DNA of 64,000 nt from an uncultured Actinomycetota bacterium (GTDB lineage: Bacteria > Actinomycetota > Actinomycetes > JACCUZ01), in NCBI GenBank assembly GCA_963726615.1, contig CAVSCX010000003.1, positions 292,238-356,237 on the forward strand. Direction: 5' to 3'. The position numbers were made by a program, and so were the translations under genes. The notes below the pieces were generated by a model that saw only the letters and a list, made by a program, of their open reading frames with translations, did no database searches and was not told the DNA's origin. The stretch's first letter is position 1; every line of letters begins with the position of its first letter. This document shows, piece after piece, positions 37,359-45,991 of this stretch.

Positions 37359-38683
37359 GGCGGCCACGCGCTCTGCGCAACCGGCTTGCCCTGGTCGCGC
37401 TGCTGAGCACCGGCGCCTGGGTGCTCGTGCTGACCGCCGTCTTCAACCTGCTGCTCACCGCACAGCTGAGCCGGCAGGCGGATGACGTGCTGCGCACCAG
37501 GGCAGCTGCTGTGGCCTCGACGGTGCTCGTGGCCGACGACGGGTCGGTGTCCCTGCGCGAGCCACCCAACGACGAGGCGCTGGACGCGGGGGTGTGGGTG
37601 TTCGCCGGGAGCACCGTGCTGGAGCAGCCGCGCGCCTCACCGACAGCCACCGCACAAGCCAGCCGGATGGCCTTGCGCGGCGGCCCGAGCTTCCGGGACG
37701 TGGCCGGCTCACCCACGGTCCGCCTGCACGTGCGCCCGTTGCGGCACGACGGGGCAAGGGTCGGGGCGATCGTCGTCGAGACCAGCCTGGAGCCGTACCG
37801 CCGGCCGTCGCGCGCGGCACTGGTGGGCTCGGTCCTGCTGGCGATGCTGGTGCTGGTCGGCGCCTTCGCAGCCACCCGGCAGGTGGTGCGCCGAGCCCTG
37901 GTGCCGGTGTCGGAGATGGCCGAGCAGGCGGCGCGGTGGAGCGCGCACGACGTCGGGCAGCGCTTCGGCGACGACCCGCGACCGGACGAGCTCCGCGATC
38001 TGGCAGGCAGCCTGGACGCCGTCCTCGACCGGATCGGCTCGGTGCTGCGGCACGAGCAGCAGCTGGCTGCCGAGATCTCGCACGAGCTGCGCACCCCGCT
38101 CGCCGTGATCTCCACCGAGACCGAGCTGCTGCTGTCGGGCGAGCGCGACGAGGACGAGCGACGGCGCGCCCATCGCGCGATCGCCGACACCGCGGACCGG
38201 ATGTCCACGCTGCTCGACGCCCTGCTCGCCCAGGCCGCCCAGGACGTCACCGAGGCGCCGGGGAGCTGCGTGGTCGCGCCGGTCGCCGAGCAGGTGCTGG
38301 CGTCGACCGGACCCTCCCCCACGACGTACGACGTCCAGGTGCCGGCCGACCTGGAGGTCGGCGTGACGGGCGACGTCCTCGCCCGCATCCTCATGGCGCT
38401 GGTGGGCAACGCGATGCGATACGCCGACGGGCGGGTCACGGTGGACGCTGTCCGGGCCGGGCACGAGGTGCGCATCCGCGTGCGCGACGACGGGCCGGGG
38501 GTGCCCGCCGCGTTCCGGGCCGACGTCTTCGAGCCGGGCCGCCGCGCCGAACCGGGTGACGGGCACCCCGGCGCCGGCCTCGGGCTGGCGCTGGCCCGAC
38601 GGCTGGCCCGCGCCGCCGGCGGGGACATCACCCTCGACGGCGACGCGGGGTCCGAGTTCGTCGTCGTCCTGCCACCCGCCTGA
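37355..38683 (+). CDS. Sensor histidine kinase
   Basis: GTG start overlapping RR stop (GTGA). Two TM. H-box AAEISHELRTPLAV. HATPase_c (LVGNAMRYA, GAGLGLALARR). Confidence 0.8.
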   Translation: MRRPRALRNRLALVALLSTGAWVLVLTAVFNLLLTAQLSRQADDVLRTRAAAVASTVLVADDGSVSLREPPNDEALDAGVWVFAGSTVLEQPRASPTATAQASRMALRGGPSFRDVAGSPTVRLHVRPLRHDGARVGAIVVETSLEPYRRPSRAALVGSVLLAMLVLVGAFAATRQVVRRALVPVSEMAEQAARWSAHDVGQRFGDDPRPDELRDLAGSLDAVLDRIGSVLRHEQQLAAEISHELRTPLAVISTETELLLSGERDEDERRRAHRAIADTADRMSTLLDALLAQAAQDVTEAPGSCVVAPVAEQVLASTGPSPTTYDVQVPADLEVGVTGDVLARILMALVGNAMRYADGRVTVDAVRAGHEVRIRVRDDGPGVPAAFRADVFEPGRRAEPGDGHPGAGLGLALARRLARAAGGDITLDGDAGSEFVVVLPPA

Positions 38684-38703
38684 GCGTGGGCAGGACAGCG
38701 ACG

Positions 38704-39501
38704 TCAGAGCGCGCGGACCTCCTCGACGTCGACCCTGGTCGCGGTCAGGTACGCGACCAGCACGAGGATCGCGCCGAGGAACGCGTAGCTCGTTCCCGTG
38801 GTGCCGAGGCCGATCCCGCCGTGCTTGTTCGACTGCGACATCAGGTCGCCGATCGAGGCACCAAGCGGGCGGGTGAGGATGTAGGCCAGCCAGAACGTCA
38901 GGACAGCGTTGGCCTTGAAGCCGTAGTGCGCGACGGCAACCAGGGCGATCGCCGCCGCGAACAGCAGCACCGACACGCCGTACCCGAGGGCGAACTGCTC
39001 GCCCACGAGGTCACCCGCGGCGGTGCCCAGGGCGAAGGTGAACAGGATCGCCAGCCAGTACCAGCTCTCGCGGCGCGACGTCACGATGCTGTGGATCGAC
39101 AGCGTGCCCTCGCTGCGGTACCAGAGGGCGAACGTGCCCGCGAGCAGCACGGCGAACACCGCCGTGCTCAGCGGCAACGGCACGCCGAAGCGGTCAGTGA
39201 GGTTGTCCGTGAGCAGCGTGCCGACCACGCTGATCACGACAACGGCCGCCCAGTAGACCGGTGCCACGTAGCGGCGGCTGCGGAACTGCCCGACCAGCAG
39301 GACCACGAGCAGCGCGGACGTCGCCACCGTCGTCCAGGTGAGGCCGAAGCCGAGCGTGTCGTTGAGGTAGTCGGCGGCCGTCTCGCCGACCGTCGTGGCC
39401 AGCACCTTGATCAGCCAGAAGTACAGCGTGACCTCGGGGACCTTGTTCAGCATCACCCGCACGGCGTCGCGGCGCGGGCTCGTCGTAGATGTCTCAGTCA
39501 T
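38704..39501 (-). CDS. Uncharacterised polytopic membrane protein (COG4705-like)
   Basis: Start at MTETSTTSP within the longer track ORF. ~7 TM. Confidence 0.55.
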   Translation of the reverse strand: MTETSTTSPRRDAVRVMLNKVPEVTLYFWLIKVLATTVGETAADYLNDTLGFGLTWTTVATSALLVVLLVGQFRSRRYVAPVYWAAVVVISVVGTLLTDNLTDRFGVPLPLSTAVFAVLLAGTFALWYRSEGTLSIHSIVTSRRESWYWLAILFTFALGTAAGDLVGEQFALGYGVSVLLFAAAIALVAVAHYGFKANAVLTFWLAYILTRPLGASIGDLMSQSNKHGGIGLGTTGTSYAFLGAILVLVAYLTATRVDVEEVRAL

Positions 39502-39579
39502 GGTGATCACGGTGACCGGCTGTGCCTGAACCCGACCTGACCAGTGGTTGGCGTCCCCGGGAGCGGGCAAGCGGGCCAC

Positions 39580-39960
39580 ATGGACGAGACATGGGACCTG
39601 TGGATCCGTGCGGTAGGGGCGACGGGGCTGTCGTTCGCGAGGGCGACTGTCGCCGCGGCGGCCGCCCGCGACCGGGTGCTGGTGCACGCCGCGCCGGAGC
39701 AGCTGGAGGTCGTGGTCCGGGACGGGAACGGCACCCTCGTCGCGGAGGGACGGGAGCTGGCGCGGGGCGAGCCCGGACCCATGACCTACCTGGTGCGGGA
39801 CGGGGACCAGATCCGGCTCGAGGACGGCTGGCCCACCGACGCCGACCTGGGTCGGCTGGTGATCCTGCCCGGCGGCGAGGCCGGTGTGCTCACCGCGTGG
39901 TGGCACGCGGAGGACCGGTCCGAGTGGCGCTGGTCGGTCGAGTTCGCCAACCACGTCTGA
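39580..39960 (+). CDS. Hypothetical protein (126 aa)
   Basis: Start at MDETWDLW. No recognised family. Divergent from the TauE gene. Confidence 0.45.
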   Translation: MDETWDLWIRAVGATGLSFARATVAAAAARDRVLVHAAPEQLEVVVRDGNGTLVAEGRELARGEPGPMTYLVRDGDQIRLEDGWPTDADLGRLVILPGGEAGVLTAWWHAEDRSEWRWSVEFANHV

Positions 39961-39988
39961 GCAGCCAGACCGTCGTCACCGGTGCGGC

Positions 39989-40768
39989 TCAGCTGCCGGC
40001 CCCCGGGTTGACCACCGCCTGCACGGCGACGAACGCGGCGACCAGCAGGACGAGCCCGGCGAACCCTCGACGCAGACGGTCCGCGGGCAGGCGGGTGGCC
40101 AGTCGCGCCGCGGCCAACGAGCCGGCGACCGCGGCACCGGTGAACACGGCGGCGAGGCCGTAGTCGACCTCCGCGCCGCCGACGTGCGCCGCGAACCCGG
40201 CGGCGGAGTTCACGGTCACCACGACCAGGGACGTGCCGACGGCGACCGCCATCGGCAGCCCCAGCAGCAGGACGAGTGCGGGGACCACGAGGAAGCCGCC
40301 CCCGACGCCGAACAGGCCGGTGAGCAGCCCGACGGCGACGCCCGACCCGATCGCCTTCGGCAGGCAGCCGCGCCAGTCCACCCGGCCGCCCGGCAGCGCG
40401 CAGTCCCCGCCGGCCTCCGGCTGCTCCCGGAGCATCCGGACAGCCGCCACGACCATCACCAGGGCGAAGCCGATGAGCACCATCCGGGGGTCCAGCGCCC
40501 GGTTCACCGCGGTCCCCGCGTAGGCGGCGGGGATACCAGCGGCACCCACGACCGCTGCGATGCGCCACTGGACCTGCCGCGCCCGGATCCGCGGGACGAC
40601 CGCAGCGGCGGCCGAGACCCCGACGACGAGCAACGACGTCGGCACCGCCGCCGACAGCGGCTGATCGGCGCCGTAGACCAGTGCCGGGACGGCGAGGATG
40701 CTGCCTCCGGCACCGAGCAGCCCGAGCAGGACCCCGATGGCCAGCCCGAGCGCGGCCGCGACAGCCAT
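39989..40768 (-). CDS. TauE/SafE (DUF81) sulfite/anion exporter family permease
   Basis: 259 aa. Two internal repeats each with GxGGG ([12 protein letters not shown] and [11 protein letters not shown]). ATGA overlap with upstream gene at 40768. Confidence 0.8.
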   Translation of the reverse strand: MAVAAALGLAIGVLLGLLGAGGSILAVPALVYGADQPLSAAVPTSLLVVGVSAAAAVVPRIRARQVQWRIAAVVGAAGIPAAYAGTAVNRALDPRMVLIGFALVMVVAAVRMLREQPEAGGDCALPGGRVDWRGCLPKAIGSGVAVGLLTGLFGVGGGFLVVPALVLLLGLPMAVAVGTSLVVVTVNSAAGFAAHVGGAEVDYGLAAVFTGAAVAGSLAAARLATRLPADRLRRGFAGLVLLVAAFVAVQAVVNPGAGS

Positions 40769-42153
40769 CAGCGGGCTGCGGCCGTCCTCGGCGCCTCGAG
40801 CCCGGCCTCCGCCGCCGCCGCGTAGTCCTCGTTCACGTGCACGACAGTCCGCCGGTCGACGTCGAGCATCGACGCGGCGATCGCGGCCCGGTACCCGGAG
40901 CCGCAGTACACCCACACCTCGCCGTCCGGCACCTCGGCCAACCGGTCCGGCAGCTCGTGGATGGGGATGTGCATCGACGCTTCGACATGTCCCGTGGCGC
41001 GCTCGTCGTGCCGTCGCGCGTCGAGCACGTGCACCTCGGCACTGTCGTCCTCCCCGAGACGGGCGGCGAGCCCGGCGAAGTCGGAGACGCGGTAGGTGCG
41101 CAGCGGACTTCCGGCGGCCATGGCCTCGACGTCGCCTACCGCGGCGCCCGCCAGCTCGTCGATACCGATGCGCACGAGCTCGCGCCGCGCATCGGCGACC
41201 TGCTCGGACGTCTCGCCGATGAGAGTGAGCGGGGCGCCCCACGGCACCAGCCATCCCACGTAGGTGACGAAGTTCGTACCCAGCTCGAAGTTCCGGCTGC
41301 CCGTCAGGTGACCGGCCGCGAACGCTGTCCGTTCGCGCAGGTCCACGACCCACTCTCCGGCCTCGATCCGTGAGCGCAGCTCGGCCGGGTCGACCGGCCG
41401 GGGGGCGCCGAGGTCGACCGGCTCCGGGCCGCGGTTGTTGGCCGGCCCCATGTGCGCGTAGTAGGCGGGGTAGGCGTCCAGCCCGGCGAGCAGCGTCTCG
41501 ACGTAGGTCTGCTCGTCCTGGGTGAGGGCCGGGTTCGTGGCACGCTGCTCCGCCACGGTGGAGTCGTCGCCTGAGGTCGGGGTGGCCGAGCAGAAGCTGC
41601 CGAACCCGTGGGTGGGCAGCACCTGGGCGTCGGACGGCAGGTCCGCAGCCAGCCGGCGCACCGACCGGTACTGCGCGCGGGTCAGGTCCACGGTGTGCTC
41701 CGGGCCGACGAGGTCCGTCCGGCCGGTGGAGCCGAACAGCATGGACCCGCCGGTCAGGACTGCCTGGACCGGGCCGTCCAGCACCGCGACGGCGTAGGCG
41801 ACGTGGTGGTGGGTGTGGCCCGGGGTGTGCAGCACCGACACCCGTAGGTCCCCCACCTCGAACGTGTCACCGTCGGCCACCGGCGTGTGCGGGAACTGTG
41901 CACCCATGTCGTGCGGCACGACGTAGGAAGCCCCGGCGACAGTCGCCAGCTCGAGGCCGCCGGTGACGTAGTCGTTGTGCCCGTGGGTCTCCGCGACGGC
42001 TGCGATGCGGACTCCCAGCGTCTGCGCCAGGTCCAGCACTCGGTCGATGTCGCGCTGCGGGTCGACGACAAGGGCGACGGTGCCGTCGGTGAGCAGGTAG
42101 CTGCGGTCACCGAGCGACGGTGTCTCGATCACGTGGTGGGTGAGTCCGGACAT
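40768..42153 (-). CDS. Persulfide dioxygenase (ETHE1-like MBL fold) fused to C-terminal rhodanese domain (CstB-like)
   Basis: Start at MSGLTHHV. MBL metal motif AETHGHNDYVTG plus HTPGHT. C-terminal rhodanese with active-site CGSGYRA. Confidence 0.8.
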   Translation of the reverse strand: MSGLTHHVIETPSLGDRSYLLTDGTVALVVDPQRDIDRVLDLAQTLGVRIAAVAETHGHNDYVTGGLELATVAGASYVVPHDMGAQFPHTPVADGDTFEVGDLRVSVLHTPGHTHHHVAYAVAVLDGPVQAVLTGGSMLFGSTGRTDLVGPEHTVDLTRAQYRSVRRLAADLPSDAQVLPTHGFGSFCSATPTSGDDSTVAEQRATNPALTQDEQTYVETLLAGLDAYPAYYAHMGPANNRGPEPVDLGAPRPVDPAELRSRIEAGEWVVDLRERTAFAAGHLTGSRNFELGTNFVTYVGWLVPWGAPLTLIGETSEQVADARRELVRIGIDELAGAAVGDVEAMAAGSPLRTYRVSDFAGLAARLGEDDSAEVHVLDARRHDERATGHVEASMHIPIHELPDRLAEVPDGEVWVYCGSGYRAAIAASMLDVDRRTVVHVNEDYAAAAEAGLEAPRTAAAR

Positions 42154-42169
42154 CTCGCTGCCTCCCGTC

Positions 42170-42517
42170 TCAGGCCGGCTCCGAGCCGGCGACAACCGGG
42201 TTGCCCGCCTTCATCCAGCCGCCGGTGCCCCCGGCGACCGAACGCGCGTCCGCACCGGCCTGGCCGAGCAGCCCGGCGCCGGCCTTGCTCCGGTTCCCCG
42301 AGGCGCAGACGACGAACACCGGGGCTCCGGCTGCCTCCCGTACCAGGTCGTCGGTGTGACGTCCGAGCTGGTCGAGCGGGATGTTGCGCGCGCCAGGGAC
42401 GTGGCCGCCGACGTACTCGTCCGGCTCGCGAACGTCCACGGTCAGCGCGCCCGCTGCATGGGCGGTGGCGAAGTCGGCGAGCTCGGTCTCACGGACGGTG
42501 TTGCCTTGGCTGGACAT
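42170..42517 (-). CDS. Single-domain rhodanese-like sulfurtransferase
   Basis: 115 aa. GAGGAG RBS. Active-site loop CASGNRS. Confidence 0.75.
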   Translation of the reverse strand: MSSQGNTVRETELADFATAHAAGALTVDVREPDEYVGGHVPGARNIPLDQLGRHTDDLVREAAGAPVFVVCASGNRSKAGAGLLGQAGADARSVAGGTGGWMKAGNPVVAGSEPA

Positions 42518-42529
42518 CAACACTCCTCT

Positions 42530-42545
42530 ATACGGGTGGGGGTAT
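42530..42545. promoter_or_regulatory. Operator-like box 1: ATACGGGTGGGGGTAT (ATAC-N8-GTAT), in the 5'UTR of the rhodanese operon
   Basis: Exact reverse complement of box 2. Sits immediately upstream of the rhodanese RBS. Confidence 0.5.
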
Positions 42546-42655
42546 CGTTCGAACCTATCAAGGCGCCGGGACCGGCCCTCATTCCGGTCTGCCCCGGTCA
42601 ACCTCCGACATACCCCGGCGGGGGCGTCTCGCACTCCTGCTTGCGGTATGGCAAC

Positions 42656-42671
42656 ATACCCCCACCCGTAT
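42656..42671. promoter_or_regulatory. Operator-like box 2: ATACCCCCACCCGTAT, 24 nt upstream of the MMPL GTG start
   Basis: Exact reverse complement of box 1, 110 nt away. Same ATAC-N8-GTAT architecture. Confidence 0.5.
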
Positions 42672-42694
42672 CCGAGAAACCGCGAGGACCCTCC

Positions 42695-44869
42695 GTGACG
42701 ACTGCCCCGACCGCCCGCGACACGAGCGTCAGCGGCCCCAAGAACACCAGGGACGACGGTAATGCCCGGCTGGGCCCGCTCGGCCGCCTCGGTGTGTGGA
42801 CCGCCACCCGTGCCCGGACTGTCTTCGTCGTGTGGCTGCTGATCGTCGTCTCCCTGGGGGCCTTCGCGCCGAAGGTGGAGCACGCGCTCGCCGGCGCCGG
42901 CTGGGAGGCGTCGGGGTCGGAGTCGGTCGCCGTGCGGGACATCGCGCACCGCGAGTTCGGCGGGATGTCGAGCGCCGCTCTCCAGGTCGTCGTGCACACC
43001 GACTCGGGCACCGTGACCACCGGTCCCGGCCGGGTCGCGGTCGACCGGGCCGTGGCACTGCTGCGCGCCGACGATCGGGTCTCCACCGTCCAAGCGCCGC
43101 GGCCCGGCACGTCGCTGTCCCCCGACGGACGCACTGCACTGATCCGCGGCGGCGCAGCCAGTGCCAACACCAACGAGATGGTCCGCGCGGCGGACGACCT
43201 CAAGGGACCGGTGCGCGACCTGAGCGGTGACGACGTGACTGTCGCGCTCACGGGGTCGTCCGCGCTGTGGAGCGACTTCAACGCCGCCAACCTCGACGCG
43301 ATGATGAAGAGCGAGCTCATCAGCTGGCCGGTCACACTGGTCATCCTCGTGCTCGCGTTCGGGTCCCTGGTGGCCGCCGGCCTGCCGCTGATGCTGACGA
43401 TCACCGGGCTGGTCGCCGCAGCCGGATCCCTCTACCTCGGCACCCTGCTCGGTGACATCAGCATCTGGGCGATGAACTTCGCGCTGATGTTCGCGCTCGC
43501 GCTGGGCATCGACTACGCACTGTTCGTGGTCGTCCGGTACCGAGCCGCGCGGTTCGGAGACCACCAGAACACCCGGTCAGCCGTTGGCGAGACCATGGAC
43601 ACGGCCGGCAAGGCGGTCCTCTTCTCCGGCGTCACCGTCCTGGTCTCCCTGTCGGCAGTGATGCTGGTGCCGTCGCCGGCCTTCCGCTCGATGGCCCTCG
43701 GCATCATGCTCGCCGTCGTCTTCGTCCTGGCCGCGACGCTGACCCTGCTCCCGGCCGTCCTCGGGAAGCTCGGTCACCGGGTGGACGCCCTCGCACTGCC
43801 CTGGGTGCACGCCGGTGAGCACCGGTCGCTCCGCTTCGAGCGGTGGGCCCAGCGGTTGTGGCGTCGGCCGGTCGGCTACGGACTGCTCGCCCTCGTGGCC
43901 CTCGCTGTCCTCGCAGCCCCGGTGCTGGGACTACGGACCGGGATGCCCTCGATCAAGGTCGTTCCGGAGACCGACTCCAGCCGGGTCGGCTACGCCGCCG
44001 TCCAGGACGCGTTCGGCCCGGGCGCACCAGGCACGCTGCAGGTCGTCGTCCCCCAGGACCGGGCCGGCCGGGCCGCGGCCGTGCTCGCCGACGATCCGGG
44101 AGTGGTCATGGTCATGCCGCCCGCTGCCGGCATTGGGAAGAAGGTCCTGCTGGCCGCCGTACCCGACGACGGCCCGTCCACCCGCGCCCTGGGCACGACG
44201 ATCGACCGGCTCCGTGCCGACCTGCCGTCGGAGGCCCTCGTCGGAGGCCCCTCGGCCGAGAACCACGACCTCGAGCGGCTGCTGGCCGACAAGACACCAC
44301 TGGTCATCGGCGTCGTGCTGGCGCTCGGCTTCCTGCTGCTGCTGGTCGCCCTGCAGGCGCCGCTGGTGGCGGCTCTGGGCACCCTGACGAACCTGCTCGC
44401 CACCGGTGCCGCCTTCGGCGTGGCGAAGCTGATCTTCCAGGACGGGCACGGATCGGGCCTGCTCGGGTTCGAGCCGCAGGGCTTCCTCGACGCCTGGGCT
44501 CCGGTGTTCTTCTTCGCCATGATCTTCGCCATCGGCATGGACTACACCGTCTTCCTGCTGGCGTCCGCGAAGGAGCACTGGGAGCGGTCGAACGACGCAC
44601 GCGAGGCGATGGTGGGCGGGCTGGCGCACTCCGGCCGGGTCATCTTCGCCGCTGCCGGCGTGATGGTCGCTGTCTTCTTCACCTTCGCCCTGTCCGGCCC
44701 GCTCCCCCCGAAGGAGATGGGTGTCGTCCTCGGCGTCGCCGTGCTCCTCGACGCAGCGCTGGTCCGTCTCCTGCTGCTGCCGGTGCTCCTGCGACTCAGC
44801 GGCCGAGCCGCGTGGGCTTCGCCCTCCTGGTTGCGCCGGCTGCTGCCGCGGGTGCGGTTCAGCCACTGA
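42695..44869 (+). CDS. MMPL-family (RND superfamily) membrane transporter
   Basis: 724 aa from GTG preceded by GAGGA. Two 6-TM bundles each followed by an extracytoplasmic domain. Confidence 0.8.
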   Translation: MTTAPTARDTSVSGPKNTRDDGNARLGPLGRLGVWTATRARTVFVVWLLIVVSLGAFAPKVEHALAGAGWEASGSESVAVRDIAHREFGGMSSAALQVVVHTDSGTVTTGPGRVAVDRAVALLRADDRVSTVQAPRPGTSLSPDGRTALIRGGAASANTNEMVRAADDLKGPVRDLSGDDVTVALTGSSALWSDFNAANLDAMMKSELISWPVTLVILVLAFGSLVAAGLPLMLTITGLVAAAGSLYLGTLLGDISIWAMNFALMFALALGIDYALFVVVRYRAARFGDHQNTRSAVGETMDTAGKAVLFSGVTVLVSLSAVMLVPSPAFRSMALGIMLAVVFVLAATLTLLPAVLGKLGHRVDALALPWVHAGEHRSLRFERWAQRLWRRPVGYGLLALVALAVLAAPVLGLRTGMPSIKVVPETDSSRVGYAAVQDAFGPGAPGTLQVVVPQDRAGRAAAVLADDPGVVMVMPPAAGIGKKVLLAAVPDDGPSTRALGTTIDRLRADLPSEALVGGPSAENHDLERLLADKTPLVIGVVLALGFLLLLVALQAPLVAALGTLTNLLATGAAFGVAKLIFQDGHGSGLLGFEPQGFLDAWAPVFFFAMIFAIGMDYTVFLLASAKEHWERSNDAREAMVGGLAHSGRVIFAAAGVMVAVFFTFALSGPLPPKEMGVVLGVAVLLDAALVRLLLLPVLLRLSGRAAWASPSWLRRLLPRVRFSH

Positions 44870-44876
44870 AAGGCGC

Positions 44877-44892
44877 ATACCCTGGCGTGTAT
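44877..44892. promoter_or_regulatory. Operator-like box 3: ATACCCTGGCGTGTAT, 19 nt upstream of the CstR-like gene
   Basis: Same ATAC-N8-GTAT frame as boxes 1 and 2, with a less G/C-run core. Confidence 0.4.
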
Positions 44893-44910
44893 CGAGAGAG
44901 TGGAGTCGTC

Positions 44911-45171
44911 GTGCAGGTGGACCTCGAGACCGTCGGACCGGTCGTGAACCGGCTCAAGCGCGCCCAGGGGCAGCTGGCCGGGGTGCTGCGGATGCTGGAG
45001 GAGGAGCGGGACTGCGCGGACGTCGTGACCCAGCTCGCCGCGGTGTCCCGTGCGCTGGACAAGGCAGGGTTCGCCCTCATCGCGGCCGGCCTCGAGCAAT
45101 GTCTCCGTGCCGGCGACGACGGTGCGCTGGACCGCGAGAAGCTCGAGAAGGTCTTCATGTCGCTGGCCTGA
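44911..45171 (+). CDS. CsoR/RcnR-family (DUF156) repressor, CstR-like (two Cys, no His)
   Basis: 86 aa from GTG. VNRLKRAQGQLAGVLRMLEEERDCADVVTQLAAVSRALDKAGFALIAAGLEQC. Cys residues 29 apart, as in S. aureus CstR. No His at the Cu-ligand position. Confidence 0.7.
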   Translation: MQVDLETVGPVVNRLKRAQGQLAGVLRMLEEERDCADVVTQLAAVSRALDKAGFALIAAGLEQCLRAGDDGALDREKLEKVFMSLA

Positions 45172-45245
45172 CCTGGCTGCCGACCGGCACGGCATTGGCC
45201 GGCTCGGCCGTGCGGGGTCCGACGGCAGCTCGCGGCGATCCAGGC

Positions 45246-45857
45246 TCAGGCGGACCCGGTCAGGGCAGGCAGCCGTCGCCGGCGGCGCACCGCCACTGCG
45301 CTGAGCGCGAGCAGGACGACGGCGAGCGCAGCTGCACCGGCCAGCACCCGACCGGCGACGGGCTGCGGACCGTCGTCGCCGAGCGGGCCCGGGTCGAACG
45401 AGGCGCTGAGTCCCAGTCCGCGGACGGGACCGGCCTCGGCGACGTGGACCTCGCCGGTGGCCGTCCCGACTGTGGGCCCCAACGTCGCCACCCGCAGGAC
45501 CCACCGGCCGGCCGGCAGGTGGATCCGTGCGGTGTAGAGACCGGGCGCGGACCGGTCCGGCATCAGGCGCACGGAGCGCTCGCCCTGGGGGCCGGACAGG
45601 GCCGCCAGCACGAACTCGTCCACGACCGGCTCGCGGTCGCCGGCGTAGACGACGAGGGCCTGGACGACGGCGGCCGATGCGTCACCGGCCACCGCCAGCC
45701 TGATCTCGGAGGTGCCGCTGTGGGCGTCGGCCGGCGCCGACGCCAGGCCGGTCAGGGCTGCGACGAGGCATAGCAGCGCGACGTACCGACGGACCGCCCT
45801 GGGCGCGCGGGCGCGAAGCGGCTTTCCGGCAGGCGCCGCCTTCGCTGTCCCGACCAT
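45246..45857 (-). CDS. Secreted, C-terminally TM-anchored hypothetical protein with predicted mature N-terminal His
   Basis: Start at MVGTAKAAP... Signal ...LTGLASAPADA|HSGTSE. C-terminal TM plus RRRRR stop-transfer. Confidence 0.45.
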   Translation of the reverse strand: MVGTAKAAPAGKPLRARAPRAVRRYVALLCLVAALTGLASAPADAHSGTSEIRLAVAGDASAAVVQALVVYAGDREPVVDEFVLAALSGPQGERSVRLMPDRSAPGLYTARIHLPAGRWVLRVATLGPTVGTATGEVHVAEAGPVRGLGLSASFDPGPLGDDGPQPVAGRVLAGAAALAVVLLALSAVAVRRRRRLPALTGSA

Positions 45858-45991
45858 GACGACGACGCTAGGCAGTTCCGACCCCGCGCACGCCGGCCGC
45901 GTCCGGACTGTCATCGACCTGTCATGCGGCCCCGACCGCTGCTGGCGTCACCGCGGACGACCACCCGGGGGACTGACCCCGGGCTGTCCGC

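Noticed and set aside
42601-42646. Additional ATAC...GTcT and GGTAT fragments (ATACCCCGGCGGGGGCGTCT) between boxes 1 and 2
   Set aside because: Spacing (N12) and the terminal mismatch differ from the three clean ATAC-N8-GTAT boxes. Possibly a degenerate site, but not confidently a separate operator.
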